Shown: piece by piece, positions 1-9,088 of the stretch | Position numbering within the stretch: position 1 is the stretch's first letter | How the letters are laid out: the number at the start of each line of letters is the position of its first letter | Source of the DNA: Fibrobacteria bacterium | Lineage (GTDB): Bacteria; Fibrobacterota; Fibrobacteria; UBA11236; JADFYW01 | Direction: 5' to 3' | Assembly (NCBI GenBank): GCA_050294405.1 | Contig: JBNKOC010000016.1 | Location: 64,001 to 128,000, forward strand | DNA: 64,000 nt | Program-made: the position numbers and the translations under genes | The notes under the pieces: model-generated | The model's database searches: none | What the model was told of the DNA's origin: nothing | What the model saw: the letters and a program-made list of their open reading frames with translations, nothing else

Positions 1-309
1 GGGGGTGGAGGTTTCAAAATCAATTTTCGCATGGCTGTCGGCGCATTTTTCTCCCTTTTGCCAGCGACCTAAAGGGTTTAGGCCTTCGGTTCTTCGCAAA
101 TCATTTATTTTGGTAACACATACATCCCGGGTTAAAAAAAGCGGATCATCCAATTCAGGCACATGGCTGTTTTCGTTATCGGGAATGCCGGGGGAATCTG
201 TGCTCACACTGCTGGGTTCCGGGTTTCCGTTGATTTCGCAATGTGATAGGCAAAGAGCAATCAAACAGGAAGATAAAAGCGCCAGGCTGTGTTTAATAGG
301 CAGTATCAT
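1..309 (-). CDS. CAP/SCP-domain lipoprotein-like protein, truncated by the window edge
   Basis: Not in the ORF track. Manual translation from ATG 309 (ATGA overlap with the upstream stop) is open to base 1: MILPIKHSLALLSSCLIALCLSHC... then CVTKINDLRRTEGLNPLGRW..CADSHA, typical of a CAP-domain start. Confidence 0.65.
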   Translation of the reverse strand, partial: MILPIKHSLALLSSCLIALCLSHCEINGNPEPSSVSTDSPGIPDNENSHVPELDDPLFLTRDVCVTKINDLRRTEGLNPLGRWQKGEKCADSHAKIDFETSTP

Positions 310-1031
310 AGGAAATACCAAACTGTGGATTCCACCCGCAAATCGGCTTTTCTATCGCCAAAGGCCCCAAAGCTAAGACCAAGGCTTCCACGCCATCGTT
401 TGTGCCCGTAAAAAGTAAAGCTGGGAGATATATCGAAGCCAAAAAAATCGCCGAAGTCAGGTAATTGAGAGGATGCGTAAAAACCAGCCTCAAAATCAAT
501 GCCCTTTAATAAATGCACTCCAGGGTAAAAGCCCAGCTCTGTGGCCAGAAAACCATCGGGGGCCCATACCAGGGCGTCAAACATTCCCAGGCGGGCTTGG
601 TAGTTGGCGTAAAATGTTTTGTTAAAATTTTGTAAAAATGTGCCCGTTAATGTTATGGCATCTCCGGCGTATTGAGCCACTCCCCAAAGCGCATCCACTC
701 CTATAACCAGGTTGGGGTGGGGGATTAACTTGGTGCCAAATACGAGATGGCGGATGTTATTGTCTTCCTCCCACCATTTGGATTTTACTCCAAAGCCCAC
801 TTGCCATTCATCATCCAGGTGCAGCCCCACGGAAAAAGGCCCCCTTATTTTTGTATCGCTAAAAGGGGATACAAACAATGCGCCTTGAAAATAATTTCCC
901 TTAGGGACAAAATTGCTGTGGCCGACATCGTAAGAAGCGTTATGTATGGGATTTAGAGAAAAGGAAAATGTGGTTGATAAAACCAAAACAATCAGGCTTT
1001 TGGACAATAGGTAAGAAAAGTTTTTTTTCAT
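306..1031 (-). CDS. Hypothetical outer-membrane beta-barrel protein
   Basis: Signal peptide, amphipathic Gly/aromatic strands, C-terminal VWYFL. Confidence 0.65.
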   Translation of the reverse strand: MKKNFSYLLSKSLIVLVLSTTFSFSLNPIHNASYDVGHSNFVPKGNYFQGALFVSPFSDTKIRGPFSVGLHLDDEWQVGFGVKSKWWEEDNNIRHLVFGTKLIPHPNLVIGVDALWGVAQYAGDAITLTGTFLQNFNKTFYANYQARLGMFDALVWAPDGFLATELGFYPGVHLLKGIDFEAGFYASSQLPDFGDFFGFDISPSFTFYGHKRWRGSLGLSFGAFGDRKADLRVESTVWYFL

Positions 1032-1050
1032 AATTTTTTATTGAGCTATC

Positions 1051-2598
1051 TTAGCGACCAATGCGGTCGATGTTTGGACTAGGTATATCGTTTTTTATTT
1101 CATTAAGCACATTTAGTTTTCCAATTTGGAGTGAAATCTCATCCCCATTGGTAAAAATGTTGGGGTCGATTTTAACCAACTTGGGATAAAAGTATTGGGA
1201 GTCATATTCTACGCTAAAAAAATGCGGCTTCTCGTATTCTATGAATTTTCGAATTTCCCGGAATATGCTGTTAATGTCGTAGGCGCCAAAATGCAGGCTG
1301 GTGGAAAATTTTCTGGAGCCGCCGATGGTATTGCGGACTTTGCCCCGTTCGTCAATGGCTTTATGCTTAACATCAAACAAGGTTCCATCCTGATACTGCA
1401 CCGCAAAAGGGCCCACAAAGGTAGCGCTGCAATAGCAATTCCTCTTGAGCATGTAGGAGTAGGTGGCAGGCTGGGCATTGGCCCAAAGGGTAGCCATAGA
1501 GTCCAGGGCTAACAATTCCGCTTCCCGGTCCTGGTTTTGAAAAGTTTTTTGGATTTGCCTTTTGGCCTTAATGGTATGCACTTCCAAACTATCCAGTTTG
1601 TGTTCCCAAAAAGCGGGCTTTGCCGTTGAATTGGGGGGTAAGGCTCCGCGGGGAGAAAAATCCTTGGCTAAATCAATTTTCTTAAAAATTCGATTGCGCA
1701 TAATTTGCACTTTTTTAACATGAGCCCTGAGGCTGTCCGCGCTACTGATTTGGGAAGACAGTTTTTCAATTTCCTGTTTGAGTTCCTGGTAGGCCTTCCC
1801 GATATAATGAACGATGTTACTGTCTAAATCTTTTAATCCATTTTTATTTTCCAGCCACATTCGTCTCACAATTAAAGCCTGGGCGTAATCCACCTCGCTA
1901 AACCCGGGAATATTGGCGGGCGGAGAGTAAGCAATGGTTTTAGCGCCGAGTGCGATATTTTTAAGGAGAGGGTGTAATATTTTTTTCTTAGCTGAAGATT
2001 CGTTTAAATTGGAGTCCAGAATAATTTTAATTCCTCCTCCCACAAGGGCAGTGTCTCCAAAAGCAGCCGGAAGAGTGTAGCAGAATATGTCCCCATTTAT
2101 ATTTTCACATGTGGTGTTGTAGGGGGCTAAATGGGATTCGATGTAACCGGAATTCATTTGCTTGCTTAACATAACAGCATTGGCCAACTTGCTCAGGGCC
2201 TCGGATTCATAGGCAGGGACCATATGGGCTGCGGATATTTTTTGGCCCTGAAATTTCAGCAAGGCATGATTTTTTAATGGAGTGTTGGGCTCCCATTCCC
2301 CCATGTATGCAATGGTAACTTCGGATCCGCGCAATATTAAGGTGGAATTGTATTCCGGGTGCAAAGCTTCCATGTATTGGATAATAGGAAGGGCGTGCAT
2401 GGAGTCCTGCCAGGCCAGGTTTTCGCCAATGCTTAACAGGCTGTCTTTGTTAAGGCCTTGCTTTTCAAAGGCTTCGCTGAAAAATTGGCGAATTTTAGTC
2501 CCTGGTTCTGCTGGATTTATAGCCACCACATTTTCTGCCATAATGGGATAACAAAGGGCTGCCCCCAGCAAAAAACAATTCAAAGGCAAAATTTTCAA
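1051..2598 (-). CDS. Exported protein with C-terminal DUF6174-like domain
   Basis: Signal peptide; C-terminal W...YSYxLKRxCYC...VEYDxxYxYP...DE pattern. Confidence 0.6.
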   Translation of the reverse strand: MKILPLNCFLLGAALCYPIMAENVVAINPAEPGTKIRQFFSEAFEKQGLNKDSLLSIGENLAWQDSMHALPIIQYMEALHPEYNSTLILRGSEVTIAYMGEWEPNTPLKNHALLKFQGQKISAAHMVPAYESEALSKLANAVMLSKQMNSGYIESHLAPYNTTCENINGDIFCYTLPAAFGDTALVGGGIKIILDSNLNESSAKKKILHPLLKNIALGAKTIAYSPPANIPGFSEVDYAQALIVRRMWLENKNGLKDLDSNIVHYIGKAYQELKQEIEKLSSQISSADSLRAHVKKVQIMRNRIFKKIDLAKDFSPRGALPPNSTAKPAFWEHKLDSLEVHTIKAKRQIQKTFQNQDREAELLALDSMATLWANAQPATYSYMLKRNCYCSATFVGPFAVQYQDGTLFDVKHKAIDERGKVRNTIGGSRKFSTSLHFGAYDINSIFREIRKFIEYEKPHFFSVEYDSQYFYPKLVKIDPNIFTNGDEISLQIGKLNVLNEIKNDIPSPNIDRIGR

Positions 2599-2665
2599 TG
2601 CAGCATCCTAAAACTTAATTCCCCTCCAAAATATAAAATAGGAGGGGGGCTTGCCTTGAGAAATC

Positions 2666-3553
2666 TTATAGGACCGAAGATTTGCGGGAATTGACTTTTA
2701 TAAAGGCAATAGCCAGTATTAAGGCTAGTAAGCCAAAAACCGCCATGGCCAAGGGCACTTTTAATTTGCTCTTTTTAGAGGAAGCCTCGGCTGGAGTTTC
2801 TTCCACCTGGGCCACGGCTTCGGAACTGTCTTTTTTTACCTCGGCCTTGGGACTTTCCTCTGGAAGGGTGCTAAAAGTGTCGGGAACAGATTCCCAATCT
2901 GTAATATTGCCGGCTTCTTTGGGCTTTTCATAAAGAATTTCCAGCTCATCGAGGCCAGCTACTACAACAGGGCGTTTGTAAAAGCTTTTTACTTCTTTCC
3001 ACTTATGGGAATAAAGGCTTTTTTTGCCAATTTTAACTAAAAAATGGATATCCGTATTTTGGCTGAATTCGTGGATTAAATCCCAAATGTCTACTTTTGC
3101 GGCAATTCCTCCGATAAAACTTCCACTGGAGGAAAGAACAGGGTGCATCCATAAAAGATAGTGCCGCCCTTCATTGCGAATCCAGGTATAGTAGGGCTCC
3201 TGCTTATTTGCCATTTGGAGAAAGCCTCTTTGATCGCTGATATCCCGGAATTTTTTTTCAGGTTCGGTTTCCTGACGCACCAGTTCATTTGCCACTACGC
3301 CTTTACTGTTAATCCTCAAAAAGGAATAAAAGGACTGCTGCTTTTTAAGCATTTTTAAAAGGTAACCTTCGCTTTTATTTAAATTAGTAGAGCGAAGGTT
3401 AGGTGACTTGGCTAAATTCTCAAAAAACTCAAGCTTTTTTGCCATAAACTCGTTTAATAATTCATCCAGGTCTTTGGCCTCTTCACTGTAGCTAAAGCAG
3501 GCTGCTACCAGTAAAAATAGGGAAAAGAATTTAAAATGAGACTTTATTTTCAT
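2666..3553 (-). CDS. Exported, membrane-anchored Cache/PDC-like protein
   Basis: Signal peptide; RDISDQRGF...HPV..SSGSFIGGIAAKVD Cache-like pattern; acidic linker; C-terminal TM helix. Confidence 0.55.
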   Translation of the reverse strand: MKIKSHFKFFSLFLLVAACFSYSEEAKDLDELLNEFMAKKLEFFENLAKSPNLRSTNLNKSEGYLLKMLKKQQSFYSFLRINSKGVVANELVRQETEPEKKFRDISDQRGFLQMANKQEPYYTWIRNEGRHYLLWMHPVLSSSGSFIGGIAAKVDIWDLIHEFSQNTDIHFLVKIGKKSLYSHKWKEVKSFYKRPVVVAGLDELEILYEKPKEAGNITDWESVPDTFSTLPEESPKAEVKKDSSEAVAQVEETPAEASSKKSKLKVPLAMAVFGLLALILAIAFIKVNSRKSSVL

Positions 3554-4017
3554 GCTGGAACCTTCCTTTTTGGATTGGAATTAATTCGATACCGGAAGTG
3601 TTTCTAAAATAGTAAAGTCGGAGCTGTTTCGAAGCGTTTTACTGGATTTTCTTGGGTCCACAAAATGGTTTGAAGAAAATGGGCCTTTAGCCCGCTCTTC
3701 CCGGGAGTTCCTATGCCAGTAAGGGGGTTACGGCAAAAGTCAGGAGATGGTAAGTGAGGTAAAATTCCCGGAAAGAGACGGAAAAAAGGCTGAGGTAAGG
3801 GGTAACCATGAAATGAAACAGAAAGCCCCAAGCTCGTTGCTGGGTAGGGGGAGGTAGTTGCCTGTGACTTTCATATTCATATCCTTAATCTATACTGAAA
3901 AATTGCCGGGGAAAAGCTTTGGAGGCGAGATTTTTAAAAGATTACATTGCTGTGACACAGCTATGACCAAAGGTACAAAAACCGGGTATTAACTGTGAAA
4001 AACAGCCTAATTTTCCG

Positions 4018-4695
4018 TTAAAATTGGCTTTTAAATTCTTCGAATTCACGCCGAAGACGAGTTAATTCTTCTTCTAATTGTTCCACTTTCTCCCGCAAAC
4101 CATCTGTTTCTTCCTTGTTTTCAGGAGTTGCAAAGCTTTCGTTTTTTTGATTAATTGAAGTGGCGCTTTCAGCAGAATTTTGAGGTTCCAAGGGAGGCTC
4201 AACATAGAGCAAATGGATGTATCTGCATTCTTTTTGGCCAGGCGCTTTGGAAAGCTGTTTTACCAGGGCCCCTGGGGTTCTTTGGGCCAATGTGTTCAAT
4301 ACATCATCTACCTCTACCACGGATTGGAACTCAAAAAGCCGACCGCTGCGTTGCTTAAGTTCGCCTGCGGTTTGGGGGCCTCGTAACATCAATAAACACA
4401 TCACCACTGCTTCTTTTTCATTTAACTTTAAGCTCGAGGAAAACAAATGTTCAAATTTTTGCGCTCGACTGGAAGCATCTCCCCGTAACATCACCAATCC
4501 CTTATTTCTCAAGTGGCTGAGGCCCTGGCTTATTTCCCCTTCGTCCAAATCCATAACCGGAAATCTGCTGGATTTTTGGTTAGCTGCTGTTTTGATGTAA
4601 TTGACTGTCATAGGATACAATTCAGGTGTTAATGTTTCTTTTTCCATCATCACCGCTAATATTCTAAGCTCAGTGTCCGTTAGTTTAAATTCCAT
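4018..4695 (-). CDS. yceH: YceH / DUF480 family protein
   Basis: E-x-R..EKE..TPE-x-YP, NQKSSR-x-PVM, LMLRGPQTAGEL motifs and C-terminal coiled coil. Confidence 0.9.
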   Translation of the reverse strand: MEFKLTDTELRILAVMMEKETLTPELYPMTVNYIKTAANQKSSRFPVMDLDEGEISQGLSHLRNKGLVMLRGDASSRAQKFEHLFSSSLKLNEKEAVVMCLLMLRGPQTAGELKQRSGRLFEFQSVVEVDDVLNTLAQRTPGALVKQLSKAPGQKECRYIHLLYVEPPLEPQNSAESATSINQKNESFATPENKEETDGLREKVEQLEEELTRLRREFEEFKSQF

Positions 4696-4954
4696 TTTTT
4701 TACCTGTTCATTAAAGGGGCATTGTGTTTTAATCGGCGAACGCCAAAGATAATTCTGCCTTCAAAATATTTTAATTAAAATCTTAACTTAATTCTCCATA
4801 AAAAACTGGCCCTCTTAGTTTTTCCGTGATATATTAGAAATACCAACTTCCTTGTTGTTAAAAGAAAGTTTCCCTCTTGGAAAAGCTTAAAACTTATTTT
4901 CAAAAGTGGAATAGGGGTTCTGGTTTTTGGAGCTGGAAAAGGAAACATTAGGGC

Positions 4955-7900
4955 GTGAAATATATATCCCAAAAGTCGGAAAAGGCCGCAAAAAAAATAC
5001 TGGATAAATATTATGCCAGTTTGGAACTGGTTCCAGAAAAAAAGAATTATTTAATAGACCTAAACAAATCTTTCGGACCTTATTTAGCCACCCAATCCCA
5101 GGAATATATTTTAGACGCCTCCTCTCAAATCGCTTCCATAGGAGCCGGTTTTAATTCCAGTCCCCTTTTAGGAGCGGCCCAATTTCAGGAGTCTTGGCTA
5201 AATCGAAAAGATAGCTCCTTATTTAAGGAGCTTCGAAAATCTTATGAAAATTTTTTGAAGCGGCAACTGGGCTGGGAAAATGTGAGCAGTCATTTTTGCC
5301 ACAGTGGAGCAGAAGCTAACGAGACAGCTCTTTTTCATTGTTATGAACGGCGGCAATATAAAAGCCGAAAAAAGGTACTGGCATTTAAAGGTTCTTTTCA
5401 TGGAAGAACCCTTGTGTCTTTATCGGCTACCTGGAATCCCCCAAAGCGTGAGCCCTTTGAAATCCCGGGTTTTGAAGCCATATATTCGGATTATCCCGAA
5501 ATGGATAACTCCCAGCCCGAAAAAATATTACCCGATTTAAATTGGCTGAAATTATGGGAAAGGCCTTTCAAAAAGAACTTTAAAAAGGCCTTTGCTGAGC
5601 TGCTAAAGAGTTCTGATTTTTTAATGCGGGAAGAAGCGAAGATCCTTCATCAAATACATGAGCTTTTATCAAGGCAAATCATTTTTGCTGTTTTAATTGA
5701 GCCCATGCAATGTGAAGGGGGCGACAGGTATTCAAGTGCCCGTTTTCACAATGGATTATTAGCCTTATGCCAAGCTCATGGAGTTCCCTTAATTTACGAT
5801 GAAGTTCAAACTGGATTTGGGTTGGGTGGAGTTTTTTTCTGGCATAAGCTTTTTATGCTGCGAAACAGTCGTGGTGCAGAAATTTATCCAGACTATGTTG
5901 TTTGCGCAAAAAAAGCTCAGGCGGGAATTGCGTTGTCCCATCAAAGGATTAACCTGCCTGAGGAGTATTCTTCTGTTTCTCTCATTCGCGGCTTTTTCCA
6001 GGCTGTGGCCATGGAACAATCCTATGATGATATTTCAAACCTCCAGGGACTTTGCCGGGAAAAACTGGAAAAGTTGGCTAAAAAATTTTCCGAATATATT
6101 AAACGGCCGCGGGTCAAAGGCCTTTGTTTTGCTTTTGATTTGCCAGACCAGGATGTGCTTAACCGTTTTGTGAACCTGCGCTTTGAAGAAGGAATCATGT
6201 TTTATCCGGCGGGACAGCTTACTGCAAGGTTCAGGCTATCCTTTGGTTTTAGGTCCAGGGAGGTCTCCCAGCTTTTCCAAAAAATAGAACAATTGCTGCA
6301 ACGATTAAGCGGAGAGTCGGTGAAAGCTTTACCCATGCCTGATTATCCTAAACAGGACTACCATGAAAGCAAAATATTTTTAATGTGGTGGTTGCAGCAA
6401 AAATTGGAACTGTCAACCGCAAAGAAAAAAAAGAAAATTAAAGATGAAATGTTGCTTAAAAATTTCTGCCAAATGTTCCCGAAATTTTTACCGGCAAAAG
6501 CAAAGATAAGTCTGGTAGCATCCCATGACTTTTCAAAATACAAAAAAAGACTTAAGAATTTACAGGAGACAGTTTATGAGCCAAGCAGAAGAACATCGGT
6601 TAAGACTTTTGAGAGAGTATATCAAAATGAATTCGGAATTTTTTTAGCAGTAGAAGTGGGAAGCAAGTTAGTGGGAATGGCCTGCGCAGGTTCCTTGCGC
6701 TTTTTTCCCGAGGAAAGGGGGACACAGAACGACCCTCAAAAAGGAAGCCGCAAAACCATATATATGCTGGATGTAACGATTCATCCCGACTTTAGGGGAG
6801 TTGGATTGGGGAAGTTTTTAAAATACTGTGTTTTGGGATTGGCTTTTAACCGGGGCGCCGAATTTATTAAGGGGCGCAATCGTTCCCGATTGGCAAAACG
6901 GATGTGGTGGTTAAATCAGGGACTTGGAGCCTACCTGCAAAAATTTTTGGAAGGGGATTATCCGGACAGTATACTCCCTAACGACTGCTTATATTATAAC
7001 ATTCCCCTTAAGTTTGCAGATTTGAATCCGAATTTAAAAGAAGCCCATGAGTGTCACCTGACTTCCCGAGATTTAAATGGAAAATATCTCCACAAAAACG
7101 CTCCCAGCCTTGTTAATAAACTTTGCCTTTCAAACTTTGTATCACAAGACTATTTGAAAAGTTTAACCTACATCCGCAAAATTCTCCCTGAAAATTTAAC
7201 AGGTTTGTATTCAGCAAGCGGGGTTTCCGAGGCGGCAGATAAAATATTCAAAGCGCTTTGGCTGAAGAAAAAAAATTCCGCACGGGTAATAGGCTTTAAA
7301 GGGGGCTACTTTGGGGCGGGTAGCTTTTTGTCCAGAGGGTTGTCCGGAATCGGGCAAAATTATTTTCCGGTCAGTCTGTTGCCTAACCCGGACGGCAAGG
7401 GGCAGGAAAATGCTCTTCAAGAGCTATCCGACGAATTGGAACGGGGAGACTGTCTCGGGGTCTTTGTGGAGCCTTTGGCTCAAAGGTCGCTTACCAGGCT
7501 TAAAGAAAGCTCTTTAATTGAGGTGAAAAGCCTTTGTAAGCATTTTAACACCCCCCTGATTTACCACGAAACGGCTTCTTTGTTTAACAGATATAGCGAT
7601 AAATATTTTATTCCCTCACTTAATAAAAAATTGGAGCCCGATATTGGCTTTTTTCATTTGGGAGGGCAAATGTCCTTAATATACATGAAAGAAAAATACT
7701 GGAATAAAACTCCGCTTATGTTTATATCAACCTGGGACGGTGATGAATATAGCCTTAATTCTTTTTGCCATGCCTTAAAAAAGCATTTGGAGAATAAAAA
7801 TTGGAAAAAGGAATTGAAAAAATTTGAATCCTCTGTGAGCAATTTTTTAAAACCGTATATGTCAAAACCGCTTGTTCTTAAAAATGGGGTTGGGTCCTTT

Positions 7901-8023
7901 GAAGCTGGGTTGCCTTTAGAATACCGCCATATGTTTATGGAAGCGGGGTCTGGTAAATACGGGATTTACGCTTCTCCTTCAAATCAAAGGCACTTTACAG
8001 ATTGGCTTGATCAAAGAGGCTAA
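4955..8023 (+). CDS. Fusion: class-III PLP aminotransferase (Lat/GABA-T-like) + GNAT acyltransferase + degenerate class-III aminotransferase domain
   Basis: N-domain SGAEANE, FHGRT, EPMQCEGGD, DEVQTG, PDYVVCAKK; GNAT motif A VTIHPDFRGVGLGK; C-domain SGVSEA, VFVEPL, ISTWDGD without the catalytic Lys. Confidence 0.85.
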   Translation: MKYISQKSEKAAKKILDKYYASLELVPEKKNYLIDLNKSFGPYLATQSQEYILDASSQIASIGAGFNSSPLLGAAQFQESWLNRKDSSLFKELRKSYENFLKRQLGWENVSSHFCHSGAEANETALFHCYERRQYKSRKKVLAFKGSFHGRTLVSLSATWNPPKREPFEIPGFEAIYSDYPEMDNSQPEKILPDLNWLKLWERPFKKNFKKAFAELLKSSDFLMREEAKILHQIHELLSRQIIFAVLIEPMQCEGGDRYSSARFHNGLLALCQAHGVPLIYDEVQTGFGLGGVFFWHKLFMLRNSRGAEIYPDYVVCAKKAQAGIALSHQRINLPEEYSSVSLIRGFFQAVAMEQSYDDISNLQGLCREKLEKLAKKFSEYIKRPRVKGLCFAFDLPDQDVLNRFVNLRFEEGIMFYPAGQLTARFRLSFGFRSREVSQLFQKIEQLLQRLSGESVKALPMPDYPKQDYHESKIFLMWWLQQKLELSTAKKKKKIKDEMLLKNFCQMFPKFLPAKAKISLVASHDFSKYKKRLKNLQETVYEPSRRTSVKTFERVYQNEFGIFLAVEVGSKLVGMACAGSLRFFPEERGTQNDPQKGSRKTIYMLDVTIHPDFRGVGLGKFLKYCVLGLAFNRGAEFIKGRNRSRLAKRMWWLNQGLGAYLQKFLEGDYPDSILPNDCLYYNIPLKFADLNPNLKEAHECHLTSRDLNGKYLHKNAPSLVNKLCLSNFVSQDYLKSLTYIRKILPENLTGLYSASGVSEAADKIFKALWLKKKNSARVIGFKGGYFGAGSFLSRGLSGIGQNYFPVSLLPNPDGKGQENALQELSDELERGDCLGVFVEPLAQRSLTRLKESSLIEVKSLCKHFNTPLIYHETASLFNRYSDKYFIPSLNKKLEPDIGFFHLGGQMSLIYMKEKYWNKTPLMFISTWDGDEYSLNSFCHALKKHLENKNWKKELKKFESSVSNFLKPYMSKPLVLKNGVGSFEAGLPLEYRHMFMEAGSGKYGIYASPSNQRHFTDWLDQRG

Positions 8024-8026
8024 AAG

Positions 8027-9088
8027 GTGTTTTTTTTTGAATTTCCATCGGGAGCTTCGGCTCGAGAAAGAGGGCGAATACACGGGGAAGCCTTTCGCAG
8101 GGAAATTCATGAATTAGCCCAAATAAGGATAAATCTTATCCGGGAACGCCACCCCAGTGTTTCCTCCCACAAAATTAAAAACGAAGCTCGTCTTCAATTT
8201 GAACAAACATCTGAATGGAATGAGTATTTGGGCGAAGAGTTAATGGGCATTTCCGAAGCTGCCAAAATAGATCTTGAAGAAATAGTGGTTTTAAACAATT
8301 ATACCGATTTTAGAGATCTTCCGCTGGAAGAACAAGGCTGCACTACCGTGGGAATAGTTGAGCCGGAAAAAGTATGGATGGGACAAACATGGGATATGCA
8401 TCAAAGCGCCAAGTCTTTTGTCCGGCTTTTTAAATTTCCCGCTGAAAAAAATATTCCCGCACAATGGGTCTTTTCCCTTACCGGTTGCTTGGGTATGGCG
8501 GGAATTAACTCTCTGGGGAGAGCTGTGGGAGTTAATAACATCAATACAATTGGCGCTGTGTCTTCATTAATCTGGCCTGCCATGGTGAGAGGGGCCCTTA
8601 GCGCGCCAGTTGAAGCTAACTGGAAGTCGGCAATTATAGATTCAAAGCCCAGTTCGGGCCACGGGTATATGTTAGGAGAAACCCATCAAATCCAAATATA
8701 CGAAATATCTCCCCGCCAGCTGGAATTGGTTTCTTATTCCAATCTTAAGCACCCTGGTTGGGTATTGCACACAAACCACTGTATGGGAACGATACATCGG
8801 GAGTTGGAGTCCCGCGGGTTTTTATCTTCAACTACTTACGACCGTTATCGCCTGGCGGAAAAAAAGCTGGAGTCGCTTAAATCCTTTGAGGATTTTATCG
8901 CACTTTTTAAAAGCCATGAAGGTTATCCGAAATCCGTTTGCAGCCATTTTCAAAGCAATTCCCAGGACCCTTCAGCAACCTGCGGAGGGTTTGTGGTGGA
9001 TTTTTTAGGTTCAAAGGCTCAATTTTGGAAAGGTTGTGAAAAGGAAGATAACATTTATGAAAAAATGGAAATCAATATAAAACAATGA
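8027..9088 (+). CDS. C45 family autoproteolytic Ntn acyltransferase/amidohydrolase
   Basis: ERGRIHG N-terminus, G-C-T self-cleavage site (EEQGCTT), GQTWD and HTNH motifs. Confidence 0.85.
   Translation: MFFFEFPSGASARERGRIHGEAFRREIHELAQIRINLIRERHPSVSSHKIKNEARLQFEQTSEWNEYLGEELMGISEAAKIDLEEIVVLNNYTDFRDLPLEEQGCTTVGIVEPEKVWMGQTWDMHQSAKSFVRLFKFPAEKNIPAQWVFSLTGCLGMAGINSLGRAVGVNNINTIGAVSSLIWPAMVRGALSAPVEANWKSAIIDSKPSSGHGYMLGETHQIQIYEISPRQLELVSYSNLKHPGWVLHTNHCMGTIHRELESRGFLSSTTYDRYRLAEKKLESLKSFEDFIALFKSHEGYPKSVCSHFQSNSQDPSATCGGFVVDFLGSKAQFWKGCEKEDNIYEKMEINIKQ

Noticed and set aside
5..376. 123-aa plus-strand ORF
   Set aside because: Antisense shadow of the CAP-domain gene on the minus strand.
3600..3900. 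Possible cobalamin or c-di-GMP riboswitch (actgg...ccgggaag; ggtaaa...gaaa)
   Set aside because: Only isolated sub-motifs; the required flanking conserved elements and stems are absent.
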